Source: Escherichia phage PECP14. From it: a DNA stretch of 64,000 nucleotides. The position numbers and the translations under genes were made by a program. The stretch lies in sequence record OQ870555.1, one strand, 5' to 3'. This document shows positions 10,970 to 21,716 of this stretch, in pieces; positions within the stretch are counted from its first letter, which is position 1, and each line of letters opens with the position of its first letter. The notes under the pieces are model-generated. The model was given only the letters and a program-made list of their open reading frames with translations. It had not been told where the DNA came from and searched no databases.

Positions 10970-11927
10970 ATTTAGCAGCTCTAGCCAAGATTCTATCAAT
11001 GTCGTCTTGAGACAGCTTTTCAACTTCACGGAAGTAAAGCTCAAGCTCGCCTAACATATCAAGATCAACAAGATTTAACTTAGCATCTTTAGTAACTCGA
11101 TGGTTAATCTTTTTATCTAAGAGATCGGAATCTTTAATAGACTTTAACTGAACGACGTCACCAGTGACTTCATAAATTACACGGTCATAGTCACTAGGCT
11201 CCATTTCCTCACCAACTCCGATTGTTTTACGAATCAGTTGTGGTAAGTCACCAAGTTCAATCCATTCTACTTTTAATGTGTCGGTATCAATGATAAAACA
11301 ACCATTTGTACCTTTTGTTCGTTCTCTATGGAACGATGTAGTTAATGGAGATCCTGGATAAAGAAGTCTAGTAGAACCAACAGTTTGACTATTAGTATAA
11401 GAATGTAAATCGCCAGCAATTACAGTGTCATAACAGTTATACCTCGTTAGATCAATCTCTGGTTTTACATGTGGAGGGATTTCACCACGAACATGCGTGA
11501 AACATAGTTTTGATTCAGATGGTTTCCACTTTGGTTTGTGGATTTCATCATAAGGGATAATATCAAATTCAGGAGAACGATATGGTTTAGTAATGACTTC
11601 CCAATTTCCGTTTGTTACTTTATTAATAACTCCTGCATAATGATACAGACATGAAATAGTTTTAGTTAACATTTCATGGTTCCCAGTGAAGATCTTGCCT
11701 GAATGGTCAAGTCTTGACATGAACTGTTCAAGAAGTTCTATTTCTTCCGACGATGGGTCGGCAACATCAAGAATATCACCACCAGCAATATGCAGATCAC
11801 AGTTATGATTATGGAATATGTCATTTAACCGTTCTCCTAGCATCAGGAAGCGACGCTTCTGCCATTCCTTTGGAACTTTATCTTGTCCTAATTTGATATG
11901 ATGATCAGCACTAAATAGTATTCTCAT
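10950..11927 (-). CDS. SbcD/Mre11-like nuclease (D12-like)
   Basis: 325 aa; calcineurin-like phosphoesterase motifs (FSADHHI, GDILD, GNHE); directly upstream of the SbcC-like gene. Confidence 0.8.
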   Translation of the reverse strand: MRILFSADHHIKLGQDKVPKEWQKRRFLMLGERLNDIFHNHNCDLHIAGGDILDVADPSSEEIELLEQFMSRLDHSGKIFTGNHEMLTKTISCLYHYAGVINKVTNGNWEVITKPYRSPEFDIIPYDEIHKPKWKPSESKLCFTHVRGEIPPHVKPEIDLTRYNCYDTVIAGDLHSYTNSQTVGSTRLLYPGSPLTTSFHRERTKGTNGCFIIDTDTLKVEWIELGDLPQLIRKTIGVGEEMEPSDYDRVIYEVTGDVVQLKSIKDSDLLDKKINHRVTKDAKLNLVDLDMLGELELYFREVEKLSQDDIDRILARAAKYVKDYN

Positions 11928-11966
11928 AAGTTAAAAAGAAAGGGAGCCGTAGCTCCCCTTGGTTTA

Positions 11967-12740
11967 TTAGTCGTCCAGATCGCTAGCAGCTTCAGCGTCG
12001 ATGCCTTTCTGAGAACCAGCATCACCACCAGACTTAGTGTCACCGCCGTCTTGCTTCTCACGACCTTCCATGAAGGCGAGAATAGCTTCTTTCTGCTCTT
12101 CGTAGGACGGAACCGGGTAGGTTTCTTCCAGAGAAGGAACTTTTTCAAACTTGATGAACTCACCAGTATCATCACACATAGCTTCACCGAGAATATCGGC
12201 ATCTGCGGCGTGCAGTTTAGCTTCTGCGCTAGTAGGATCTTTCAGAGCCATCTGGAACTGCATTGCTGCGATCTGCTGTACATCGTACTCAGTATCGAAG
12301 CCTTTACCTTTCTTCTCGATAGAAATATCGATATCGAACGGGTCGGACAGTTTCAGCTGCTTCATGATAGACTGGATGCCTTTCAGGATAGTAGCTTTAA
12401 CTTCCATAACTTTCAGTTTGTTATCAGAACGGTCGATAACGAAAGCGATGTAGTTTTTCTTCGGTTTCAGCGGAACACGATTACCATCTTTGTCCAGCTC
12501 TTTCTCGAAGAAGCCCATTTCGTGAATCGGGTCAGCTTTACCGCGAACGAAGCTCTCTTTAGTACGGTTGAAACGCAGGCACTCAAACGGAGCTGCATTA
12601 CCATCTTTGTTAGTCAGCCAGTAGACATAACGTGGAAGAACACCAGAAACGATACGAACACGAGTTACACCGTTGTTGAATTTCAGGAAGTCGATTTTAT
12701 CGTTAGAACCGCCAGTAGTTTCGCCCCAAGACTTAGCCAT
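11967..12740 (-). CDS. putative ssDNA-binding protein (acidic C-terminal tail)
   Basis: 257 aa; strong RBS AGAGGAAA; acidic tail ending ...DAEAASDLDD; G+C-richer codon usage suggests high expression. Function is inference. Confidence 0.5.
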   Translation of the reverse strand: MAKSWGETTGGSNDKIDFLKFNNGVTRVRIVSGVLPRYVYWLTNKDGNAAPFECLRFNRTKESFVRGKADPIHEMGFFEKELDKDGNRVPLKPKKNYIAFVIDRSDNKLKVMEVKATILKGIQSIMKQLKLSDPFDIDISIEKKGKGFDTEYDVQQIAAMQFQMALKDPTSAEAKLHAADADILGEAMCDDTGEFIKFEKVPSLEETYPVPSYEEQKEAILAFMEGREKQDGGDTKSGGDAGSQKGIDAEAASDLDD

Positions 12741-13095
12741 ATTTTATTTCCTCTTTAAAGATTATCTTCGATTTATTGATTGCAATTAGTGGGTTAGTGT
12801 CGATTACAGAACGTGGTATCCATATGGGAACATATTGCATGTCCAAACTCGGATCGTTTGTAAACTTATATTCGGCATAATTTCGTAGACTTAGAATTCC
12901 TAGATATTCTGCCAGTTGTCTATTAGACAATTTGTAAGGGTTATCAACAATAGTTGATTCATTCAAGATGAATGAAGAACCGACCAGTAACTGGTGAGCA
13001 TCAGGCTCTGCAAGCATTCTATTAAATAGCTTGACAATCAGGTCGGAGTTTCCTCTAGCTAAGAGGTAAATTCTCTCGTAATCAAAGAATTTCAT
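12733..13095 (-). CDS. hypothetical protein
   Basis: 120 aa; preceded on the minus strand by a promoter module and RBS (..TTGATGAGAGACAAAAATG). Confidence 0.5.
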   Translation of the reverse strand: MKFFDYERIYLLARGNSDLIVKLFNRMLAEPDAHQLLVGSSFILNESTIVDNPYKLSNRQLAEYLGILSLRNYAEYKFTNDPSLDMQYVPIWIPRSVIDTNPLIAINKSKIIFKEEIKYG

Positions 13096-13235
13096 TTTTG
13101 TCTCTCATCAATTTATGTATATATTATACATTAAATCGGGAGGATTTGACAAGTACAATTTTTATTTTTCTGCTTCGGACTTTCTTATCAATCCGAAACT
13201 TTCTCTCTCAAATTTATGAGTATATTATACAATAA

Positions 13236-14588
13236 TTATGAGCAGTTGCCAAATGCAATTTTAGCTAATTGTACTGCTTTCTCCGGAGTCATAGTAATAG
13301 TTTTCCATGCATTATTGCGATACACGGCCATACGTCCAGAAGCCTGTCTTAAACCAGTACCTCCTTTCATAATTAAATCTACAACAATCGGATCTAGCTT
13401 TCCGTCAACAATACGTTGAACGCGGCCTGCTAACTGTTCTATGAGAGATTCATTATTAATGAGACTTCCCATTATTAAACAAGACAGCTCGTTAAGAGAA
13501 ATACCTTCTGAGAAGATACTCTGAGCTGCTGCAAGCACACAGGGTCCGCCCTCCGCTACATCTTTCTGGATTCTCAATCGGTCATCCAAAGGAGTTGCAC
13601 CTATAATCTCATAGGTTGTAACACCACGTTGTGCGAGAGCTTCTAATATTGTTTGGATTAGTTCCGTCCTATCACTTACAAAGAGAACCTTATGCCCCAT
13701 AGACACATATAAATGTGCTAGGTTTATAATAGTTTCCCGATATTCAGGATGATTATATACATCATTAGCACGTAGTGCCCACGGTACGTTCTGGTTTCCT
13801 GATAACTCGACAGGTACGGAGTACCTATGGATTGTGGGTGGAACAGTGTTATTAACAGGGGGACTAAAGATCTTATATCCAAAGAAATCTTTGAACATAA
13901 CTTGTAGCCCATCTTTACGTTTTAATGTACCTGATAGACCGATCTTGTAGCGAGCACATGAGATCTCTAGGAAATTAGTGAAAGTTGTAGCTACACAGTG
14001 GTGAACTTCATCAACTATAACAGTACCGAATACCTTAGAAAGATTATTCGCATGTTTGTTCACTGTTTGTATATTACTGACCACGATTGGTGGATCAATG
14101 TTATACTTTCCAGAACCTATAATACCCGGCTCGAATCCAAACCATTTACGAACTTCTGCAGCCCACATTTCACGAATGGATGTGTTAGTGCAGATTACCA
14201 GAGTTTTCTGGCCAAACTTATATGCAAGAGCTAGAGCTAGGATAGTTTTACCAAATCCAGGCTTACCATTAATAATACAGGTATCATCGCACTCTTCATA
14301 TATAGGAAGCTGATCTTCTTCACGTAGCTTGAACTGAGGTTCTGGTATTTCTACCGGAGCTAATGTGCGTTTATCAACTAATTCGTATTTTACTCCCTTA
14401 GCATCTAGTAAATCCAGACGCGTAATGGGAATCCACTTAATCTCTTTAGCAACAACACCACTATTCTTATACATAATAGGGTATTTACTAGTCATTGTCT
14501 CGATGTGATAAGTGGTTTGCTTACTACAATAATCCCAGAGTTCATCATCGGGCTTGAAATAGGCTTTATTAGATATAACAACCTTCAT
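13236..14588 (-). CDS. SF2 DNA helicase (D10-like)
   Basis: 450 aa; Walker A GKPGFGKT, DEVHH box, C-terminal helicase domain. Confidence 0.75.
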   Translation of the reverse strand: MKVVISNKAYFKPDDELWDYCSKQTTYHIETMTSKYPIMYKNSGVVAKEIKWIPITRLDLLDAKGVKYELVDKRTLAPVEIPEPQFKLREEDQLPIYEECDDTCIINGKPGFGKTILALALAYKFGQKTLVICTNTSIREMWAAEVRKWFGFEPGIIGSGKYNIDPPIVVSNIQTVNKHANNLSKVFGTVIVDEVHHCVATTFTNFLEISCARYKIGLSGTLKRKDGLQVMFKDFFGYKIFSPPVNNTVPPTIHRYSVPVELSGNQNVPWALRANDVYNHPEYRETIINLAHLYVSMGHKVLFVSDRTELIQTILEALAQRGVTTYEIIGATPLDDRLRIQKDVAEGGPCVLAAAQSIFSEGISLNELSCLIMGSLINNESLIEQLAGRVQRIVDGKLDPIVVDLIMKGGTGLRQASGRMAVYRNNAWKTITMTPEKAVQLAKIAFGNCS

Positions 14589-15082
14589 AATTTTATTCTA
14601 AGTCTAGGAATTTCAGGCTCCTCTTGATGGACTTGATAAATAACAGGGCTATTATTTACCAGAATATAGCTTATATAAGCTGGAACATAGGATAGCACGA
14701 ATGGATACGGGACTTTAGCCACATAGCATTGATACTTTCCATTATAAATTCTTGCAGAATGCAGAACTTTAGATGTGATAACATCATAGAACGTAGTTTT
14801 CTTCCAGTTAATGAGATTTCCATCAGAATCTATGAACTGGCTACGCTTTGACCCAACTAATTGGGACAACATTGATATTCTACCACGAATAGGATAGAGC
14901 TTATAAGGTAATTCTTTCCGCTTCTCAAATAAGGCTAACCTACGTTGAGAGAATGTGCCAGGCAACTCCCTGTTATCCAGCACATATTTATTATATCTTG
15001 TTGTAATTACGGAATAATCACCTTCCTGCTCAATTGATACAAACGCCCGTAAAGCATATACGGGCAATTTGAAATCAAGCAC
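14585..15082 (-). CDS. hypothetical protein (GTG start)
   Basis: 165 aa ORF starting 5 nt after the polymerase stop. Confidence 0.45.
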   Translation of the reverse strand: MLDFKLPVYALRAFVSIEQEGDYSVITTRYNKYVLDNRELPGTFSQRRLALFEKRKELPYKLYPIRGRISMLSQLVGSKRSQFIDSDGNLINWKKTTFYDVITSKVLHSARIYNGKYQCYVAKVPYPFVLSYVPAYISYILVNNSPVIYQVHQEEPEIPRLRIKL

Positions 15083-17642
15083 CTAAAATCCTTTTCACAT
15101 TATCCAGATCTTTACATACAGCAATAAACTTATCATCCTTGTACTTGCTGTGGTCTGGATGCTCTTTATCCATTGCAGCTAACTTCTTATACTCGAAATC
15201 TGCATCGAGTAATACACCCTTAACATAACGAGTATACTCATCATCATCAATACAAGCGATTGATGGGTGCTGTTTCTTCATCTTACCACAAGAGTAGTCA
15301 CGAGAACCACCTTTCTCAGAATCAGAATCAATACCGATTGGGCAGCCAGGGATACTAATACCACGATCCTTCTGGATGTTACGAATCAGAATCTCGTTAT
15401 ATTGATCAATCAGATCTTCACGTACAATAGCAACCACGGAGTCGTGAACCAACATGACGATCTTCATCTCTTTTCCTAGACCCAGGGACAGGATTTCCTC
15501 ATCCGCATCAATAGCACCTAACAACAGGCTATCAGAAGATGCAGACTGAATGATTGCGTTAAATCCAGAACGGATTTCTTCACCCTGAACACCGCGATCT
15601 TCGGAGTGGATATTGTGCAGACGACGCTTACGACCAAAGTGACTATAGATGAATCCAAAGTTCTTGATCTGATCGTGGCACTTATCAATCCAACGCTTAA
15701 GCTGAGGGAACTGACCGAAGTAAGTTTCGATATAGTCCTTCGCATCTGCAACGGTACATTCAACAAACGGTTCGCCTGTCTTAGCAGCCTGTTCCAGAAG
15801 AGCTTCGTTAACAGAATGAGCTACTTTAGCTGGGCCAGAACCATACAGAATACCGAAGGTAATTGCCTTAGCAGCCTGACGCAGAGCTGGGAACAGCTTC
15901 TTAACATCACGTGGTTCACAGGTCAGTTTAAATACCATGTGTGCGATGTTTGAGTGGAAGTCAGGGTATTTATCAGGCTCATTCTTCATGTTGATAAATA
16001 CTTGTTGCATGTTTCTGTCACCAGACAGTACAGCAGCGTAATAAACTTCCGCAGTTGTTAAGTCCCATGCGATTACACGATATCCAGGGGGAGCTACTAC
16101 ACAACCCTTAATAATAGATTCATCACGTGGTAACTGTTGCAGGTTTAGCTTACCAGAAGAACTCAGACGACCAGAAGTAGTCATGTGTTCGTGGAAACCG
16201 GTACGAATGCAACCATCTGCATCGATGCTCAGAAGAATCTTCTCAACATAAGTAGAGATCAGCTTAGTCAGCTTACGAATCTCTAGCAGAGTTTTCGCAA
16301 TCGGGTGCTGAGTAGCCAATTCATTCAGAGCTTCTGCGTTTGTAGAATCTGCACCTGTATCTGTCAGTTTACCAGTTGGAGTCAGACCAACATAATCAAA
16401 CAGAAGAACACGAAGTTGCTTAACAGAGTTCGGGTTAAATGCTTCGTTCTGATCTTTCTCTAGCTGAACGACTTCTGGATAAGTATACAGCTTTTCACGA
16501 GCCTTGTTCAGGTTGTGAGTTAACTGATACTGAGCTTCTTTCAAGCGATCAACAGAAATTGGTACACCACGATCTTCAACACGTTGCAGGAATACGCAAC
16601 CAGGCATCAGAACATCATAGTATAGACTGCGAAGTTTTTCATTCTTCTCAATTTTCGGTAAGAAGAAGTTATGCAGACGCAGAGTAGCATCGGTATCTTT
16701 TGCAGCATATGGCCACATAATATCAAATGGAATCAGATCATAGCTGAAATCCTCTTTTTTGATCTTATGTGCCTTGCAATAATCATCCTTGAACTTATCC
16801 AGTTCAAAGTCGTAATCGCCCATGTCAGTATACTTCATAGCCAGAGATTTCAGGCCGTGGGTACCACGACGTTCATCGAGAACATAGTGTTGTAACATGG
16901 TATCATGAAGTCTACGCTCTTTATGTGCTTTCTCAAAGGAAAGTCCTAAATGATAGGAATAAAAGTGCATATCGAACTTCAAGTTATGAAAAACGATCTG
17001 ATGATTCTTGCTATCCAGAATTTTCTGGAGATAATGTACAGCTACTTCGGTGATGCTGTCAGAGTCAATATAAACACCCTGATACTCTTGGTGAGACATA
17101 GAAACACCAAGCAGATAACCATCACGAGCGTACAAAGCTGAGGTTTCGGAGTCGAATGCGACAGGTCCGATAACCATGTTATACACCATCTTAATGTATT
17201 CTTCAGCTTCGTCTGGATCAGTAATAGGACGATAATCACCAGCTTTTGCAATCTTCTCACGACCATTAATAATGTCATGAATACTTTCTACAGTTGCATC
17301 GAAAACTGGTTTCATTTCAGGTTTAAAGTGTAGCTGAGCTGGACTAATACTTGCAATCCAGTTGGCATAGCCGCCATGCTCTACACGTTTACCAGTATAA
17401 TCACCGATACCTTTCTTACCTGCGAAATACAGGAAAGGTTCAGCACCAACTAGTACAACAAAATCGTAATCGTTCGGATCGAACGGGTTAACTGGAGTTC
17501 CGATTGTAATATGCTTTTTCAGCAAACGGCCAGATAACTTCTCGTTACACATATGGAATACATCAACTTCCTCACCGTAAAGCTGGAAGTGTTTATCATA
17601 ACGAGTGTTATTTAGAGCTTTATCAACTACTGCAATTTTCAA
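15075..17642 (-). CDS. DNA polymerase, family A (T5-type, with 3'-5' exonuclease domain)
   Basis: 855 aa; exo motif FDSETS, Pol A motifs (...RQAAKAITFGILYG..., ...LVHDS...); TTG start with strong RBS AAGGAG 7 nt upstream. Confidence 0.9.
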   Translation of the reverse strand: MKIAVVDKALNNTRYDKHFQLYGEEVDVFHMCNEKLSGRLLKKHITIGTPVNPFDPNDYDFVVLVGAEPFLYFAGKKGIGDYTGKRVEHGGYANWIASISPAQLHFKPEMKPVFDATVESIHDIINGREKIAKAGDYRPITDPDEAEEYIKMVYNMVIGPVAFDSETSALYARDGYLLGVSMSHQEYQGVYIDSDSITEVAVHYLQKILDSKNHQIVFHNLKFDMHFYSYHLGLSFEKAHKERRLHDTMLQHYVLDERRGTHGLKSLAMKYTDMGDYDFELDKFKDDYCKAHKIKKEDFSYDLIPFDIMWPYAAKDTDATLRLHNFFLPKIEKNEKLRSLYYDVLMPGCVFLQRVEDRGVPISVDRLKEAQYQLTHNLNKAREKLYTYPEVVQLEKDQNEAFNPNSVKQLRVLLFDYVGLTPTGKLTDTGADSTNAEALNELATQHPIAKTLLEIRKLTKLISTYVEKILLSIDADGCIRTGFHEHMTTSGRLSSSGKLNLQQLPRDESIIKGCVVAPPGYRVIAWDLTTAEVYYAAVLSGDRNMQQVFINMKNEPDKYPDFHSNIAHMVFKLTCEPRDVKKLFPALRQAAKAITFGILYGSGPAKVAHSVNEALLEQAAKTGEPFVECTVADAKDYIETYFGQFPQLKRWIDKCHDQIKNFGFIYSHFGRKRRLHNIHSEDRGVQGEEIRSGFNAIIQSASSDSLLLGAIDADEEILSLGLGKEMKIVMLVHDSVVAIVREDLIDQYNEILIRNIQKDRGISIPGCPIGIDSDSEKGGSRDYSCGKMKKQHPSIACIDDDEYTRYVKGVLLDADFEYKKLAAMDKEHPDHSKYKDDKFIAVCKDLDNVKRILGA

Positions 17643-17704
17643 ATTTAGTCTCCTTTTGGTAAGTAAGTATAACTTCAGTGTTTCTTCTCTAACTTACCAA
17701 TATA

Positions 17705-18595
17705 TTATACCAAATCTTTGAGCGATTCGGCAACTAAAATTTCAATACGTTGAGCCAACATATCGATCTCTTCTTTATTTAAATCACCTGGGTCTTTGCC
17801 TTCTGGAAGAAGGAAGTTACCAACTACAGGTGTTAAACGTGTTTTTGTACGAATTAGCTTCGCTAGTGCTTGAGCAGCTTTATTACCAGAGGCATCATTA
17901 TCTAATAGGATAACTACTACTCTTACTCCAGCAATAATGTAAGGACTGAACTTATCAGCAATGTTATCAGATGTAAACTGATGTGTACCAAAGCAGCAAG
18001 AAGCATAATCCACACCGTTATCTTCTAGATTTAACATATCAAAGATACCTTCAACTAGAACAAGAACTGGTGTATTATATCGTACAGGGAAAATCGGTGG
18101 TGAAACTTGTTTTGGTTTTACTAAGTATTTAGGAGGGGCAGAACCGTTTATAGAACGTCCCAGAAATAGGATATTGCGTCCAACAGCATCTGTTATTGGG
18201 AATACAATTCTGCCTTCCCAGTCTGCTTGATGTTGGAAAGCAAAATATTTCTTCAAGGTCTTAGAACTGATACCTCGGAAATCACCTTCGAAAAGGTAAG
18301 CAGATTCAGGAATTGCAAGATTCGTAGATCCATTCCTAATCTCTGAAATCTTTTTACGTACTTGTGACAATCTTGGTGACTGTCTGTACTGAGTCTCATT
18401 AAAATAATGGTAAATGCTCGGTATTCCTCTACCGAAGCCACAACTCAAGCAGTGCATAATACCTGATTCAGGATCAATACGCAAACTTGGGTGTTTATCA
18501 TCATGATCTGGATTGAGACAACAGATGAGGATGTCCCCACCTGTGTCTTTGTATTCAATGCCTTTCAGATCAAGTAGTTCTGTTATTCTACTCAT
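17705..18595 (-). CDS. DNA primase (DnaG-like, zinc finger + TOPRIM)
   Basis: 296 aa; Cys cluster CLNPDH...CLSCGFG, TOPRIM-like VLVEGIFD and LLDNDASG. Confidence 0.8.
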   Translation of the reverse strand: MSRITELLDLKGIEYKDTGGDILICCLNPDHDDKHPSLRIDPESGIMHCLSCGFGRGIPSIYHYFNETQYRQSPRLSQVRKKISEIRNGSTNLAIPESAYLFEGDFRGISSKTLKKYFAFQHQADWEGRIVFPITDAVGRNILFLGRSINGSAPPKYLVKPKQVSPPIFPVRYNTPVLVLVEGIFDMLNLEDNGVDYASCCFGTHQFTSDNIADKFSPYIIAGVRVVVILLDNDASGNKAAQALAKLIRTKTRLTPVVGNFLLPEGKDPGDLNKEEIDMLAQRIEILVAESLKDLV

Positions 18596-20064
18596 ATATC
18601 GCTGGCCTGTTCACCTGTTGAATTTTCAGCTTTGTCTTTCTTAGCACGTTTAGGTTGAGCTGGTTTATCCTTTTCAATAGGAATAACGAACTCAGCTTCC
18701 ATTTGCGCAATATCTTCCATTGCTAGGTTGGTAGTATTATCCATTCGCAGAGTTTCCCAGTTCATCTTAGGCATAAACTTCACACTATCAGAGGAACGAG
18801 TCTTAACGAAGTCAAACATAATAGCACCTTGACCGTTATCAGCTTTTGCAGCATTAAGATTAGCAGCCATATCTGCGGAATCAAGAATCCCTTTAGACAT
18901 ACGCGTTCTACCATCTTGGTCAATCTGGTAAGGGGCAACACCAGCCACGTTATGTTTCTGGCAGATAGATTTGAAAGATGAACTAACAACCATCTGTTCT
19001 TTCCAGTCATACATATCAATGGTCTTTGAATCTGGAAGTCTTGTTTGGTTAATATAGTCTAGAAGAGCTACAGTAACCTTATCACCATACTTAGCAACTA
19101 GTTTATTTAATTCTACGTCAACCGTCGTAATAGACAGTTCAGGATCGTAAACGATGATCATAGGAGTGTGAAGCTCATAGCCTTCAAGGAGTTTACTTTC
19201 CATATCATAGAAGTCACTCATTTTAGCCATAGTGTATTGCTTAACGAAGTTATCGAAAAGCTCTTCACCACCATTAAACATCCTAGCCCTAGTTCTGGCT
19301 AATCTCAACAGAGCAGCACCTTCAAGAGTGTTATTACGCATTGCTAATGCAGATACTCCAGCTAACATAGCCAGATTACGTCTAAACACTTCGTGCTCTT
19401 TCATCTCAATTGAGAAGTATGGAGCAATGTCTCCATTCAAATATTGCTGAACCTGTATGTTTGAACAGATAATGGATTTACCAGTACCACGCCAACCACC
19501 AAGCAGTAACGTTTCTGTGCGAGCTAAACCAATTTGAGCGTCGAACTCATTACAAATACCAAGAGCGATCAAGTTCAGTTTGGTATCTTCTTCTCTCTGG
19601 AAAATACGCATTGTGTCTGCGTTGAATACCTTTCCAGTATTCGTTACTTTCTCTTCTAATTTTAAGTGAAGGGAGGCAACTCGGTTGAGAATTTCTCCCT
19701 GATCCAGCATTGTTAAATCTTGAAGCACGTCTGTTTCTAGAAGTTTCAGGAATAGATCCTGTGTATATTCGGCTTCTAGGACTTCAAGCGCCTGTTCCAT
19801 GCTCACTTCTGGAATTTGAGTGTTAGCTAAGACGACAAGAGCTTGAGAAAGGCGGGCGTTCCTATTGGCCTCAAGCATCAGTGCGTCAATGGACGGCATT
19901 GCGTTATATTTCTTATAATAATTCTGGACGGCTTGGTAAATTGAGGAGAAAGCGTCATTAAAATGATCTTTATGCAGTTTTGAGAATGTTTCCAATGCTA
20001 TTTGCTTCTGTTCAGAAGCGAGAAGCATCTTCAACACTACAGCTTGCACGTTAAACAAGGTCAT
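18592..20064 (-). CDS. replicative DNA helicase (DnaB-like)
   Basis: Walker A GGWRGTGKS; track ORF starts at 20115 inside a terminator-like hairpin, so ATG at 20064 is preferred (start uncertain). Confidence 0.75.
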   Translation of the reverse strand: MTLFNVQAVVLKMLLASEQKQIALETFSKLHKDHFNDAFSSIYQAVQNYYKKYNAMPSIDALMLEANRNARLSQALVVLANTQIPEVSMEQALEVLEAEYTQDLFLKLLETDVLQDLTMLDQGEILNRVASLHLKLEEKVTNTGKVFNADTMRIFQREEDTKLNLIALGICNEFDAQIGLARTETLLLGGWRGTGKSIICSNIQVQQYLNGDIAPYFSIEMKEHEVFRRNLAMLAGVSALAMRNNTLEGAALLRLARTRARMFNGGEELFDNFVKQYTMAKMSDFYDMESKLLEGYELHTPMIIVYDPELSITTVDVELNKLVAKYGDKVTVALLDYINQTRLPDSKTIDMYDWKEQMVVSSSFKSICQKHNVAGVAPYQIDQDGRTRMSKGILDSADMAANLNAAKADNGQGAIMFDFVKTRSSDSVKFMPKMNWETLRMDNTTNLAMEDIAQMEAEFVIPIEKDKPAQPKRAKKDKAENSTGEQASDI

Positions 20065-20146
20065 TCTCCTTTGCACGCTTTCGTGCCTTCTAAATGCAAA
20101 AAGGGGAAGGAGCATAGCCCCCTCCCCTTAGGTTTAATTTACCAGA

Positions 20147-20914
20147 TTATTCAGCAGCCGCAGCTTTTGCATCCAGTTTAGCACGCTTAGCGGCACCATC
20201 ATAGTCCTTAGCAACCAGACCACGACGAGACAGCATAGATTTAACACCGCGCTCAGACTTACCAGTTTTCTCAGCGATCTCAGCAACAGTCATGTTAGCC
20301 AGATCCAGACCTTCTAACAGATCTTCACGAGTTTTAGCACTTGAAGTTTCCTGTACCGGCATAGCAGCGATACGACCTTCACGAAGCAGACTCAGAGCTT
20401 TACCACGGATCTGCTTAATATTGCGACCGAAGTGAGCAGCGATAGCTTCAATAGTAGCACCAGCAACAACCTGATTAACGAAATCAGTTTCTTCGTCAGG
20501 AGTGAAGGAACGAACAGCAGCAGCTTTTTCGGTTGGCTTAACAGAAGCAGTCATTTCCAGACTCAGGATCTTACCCTGTACCTGCTTAGCACCGAACTGA
20601 CCACCAGCTACAGCAGCAGCGATTTCAGCGTAAGTATACTGACCAGCATGAGCGTTCAGGAAATCAACCAGTTCAGCTTCCTGCTCAGGAGTCCACGGGG
20701 ATTTCTGTACTTCGTTTGCTTTCTGTACTTCGAAACCTTCTTTACGCAGCTTAGAGCCAACAGAGCGAGCGGTAACGTCTTTGCCAGTCTCGGTAGCCAA
20801 TTCAGCAGCGATAGCAGCTACTTGTTCTTGAGAGATTACAGCAACACCCAGAGCAGTGGCTTTTGCTTTCAGAGACTCGGTTACACCTTCTACGTTCCAG
20901 TTCAGTTTAGACAT
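20147..20914 (-). CDS. DNA-binding protein with four tandem helix-turn-helix-like repeats
   Basis: 255 aa; about 60-aa units each containing ..(T/Y)..AEIA..G.......G...S..G... ; strong RBS GGAGAAAAATAATAATG. Confidence 0.55.
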   Translation of the reverse strand: MSKLNWNVEGVTESLKAKATALGVAVISQEQVAAIAAELATETGKDVTARSVGSKLRKEGFEVQKANEVQKSPWTPEQEAELVDFLNAHAGQYTYAEIAAAVAGGQFGAKQVQGKILSLEMTASVKPTEKAAAVRSFTPDEETDFVNQVVAGATIEAIAAHFGRNIKQIRGKALSLLREGRIAAMPVQETSSAKTREDLLEGLDLANMTVAEIAEKTGKSERGVKSMLSRRGLVAKDYDGAAKRAKLDAKAAAAE

Positions 20915-21686
20915 TATTATTTTTCTCCAATAGTTCTTTAATCGACAGGATTTCTATCCCATTCGTTTCGGCTTTCTTATAAGATGAGGAAGAACGTTTT
21001 GATTCATCCTCACAGATTAGGTATTTGACGTCTTTGGTAACGGACTTCTTAACCGTATATCCTAGACTTTCTAAATAGTTTGTTGCATCCGTTCGATTTG
21101 CAAAATCTTGCAAAGATCCGGTAATACAGACCGTGATTCCATTTGGCTGGGTAACTAAATCATCTGTAATGATGATATCCGCTTTAGCACCTCGAATACC
21201 TGTTGAGAATTTCCACGGTAATTCAATAACATCCTTGCCTTGTGGGGAATTTAGCCAGGTTTTGTAATTTTCTCCAGCCTTGCCGTCAGCCTTCACATCG
21301 TGGAAGCTAGTGCAATTTTGGGACAGTTTCTTTGCTGCAACCTCTCCAATAAGAGGAATTCCTAAAGAACCGAGAACTGAACCAAAGTCAGTGTCTCCGC
21401 GAACCTTAGTATTTAACTCGCTAATCAATTTAGCGGCAACCTTGCTACCCACAGCTCCGACCAAATCTTCTTCGGTCAGGTAAAACAGTTCTGAGATCTT
21501 AGTCAGCTCCAGCTTCTCAATAGTTTTCGGGCCAAAGCCCTTTAACTTCATTTTTGTGCAGAAGTTCTCGATTAACTTACTTGATTGCGCTGGACAGTTG
21601 GACTTATTCCTACAGAATAATTGCCCGTTGACAAGATCTAGCTTAGAACCACAAGAGGGACATTGTGTTGGAATTTCGATTTTCAT
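20907..21686 (-). CDS. NAD-dependent DNA ligase, C-terminal subunit (Zn finger, HhH, BRCT-like)
   Basis: 259 aa from ATG at 21686; C4 zinc motif CPSCGSKL...C..C; complements the adenylation subunit upstream. Confidence 0.8.
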   Translation of the reverse strand: MKIEIPTQCPSCGSKLDLVNGQLFCRNKSNCPAQSSKLIENFCTKMKLKGFGPKTIEKLELTKISELFYLTEEDLVGAVGSKVAAKLISELNTKVRGDTDFGSVLGSLGIPLIGEVAAKKLSQNCTSFHDVKADGKAGENYKTWLNSPQGKDVIELPWKFSTGIRGAKADIIITDDLVTQPNGITVCITGSLQDFANRTDATNYLESLGYTVKKSVTKDVKYLICEDESKRSSSSYKKAETNGIEILSIKELLEKNNNV

Positions 21687-21716
21687 CAAATTTCTTCCTT
21701 ATCAATTTATATAAAT

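Noticed and set aside
20101-20128. ATG at 20115 as the start of the DnaB-like helicase.
   Set aside because: It lies inside a GC-rich hairpin with a T-run that looks like the terminator of the upstream gene; ATG at 20064 is preferred, but the start remains uncertain.
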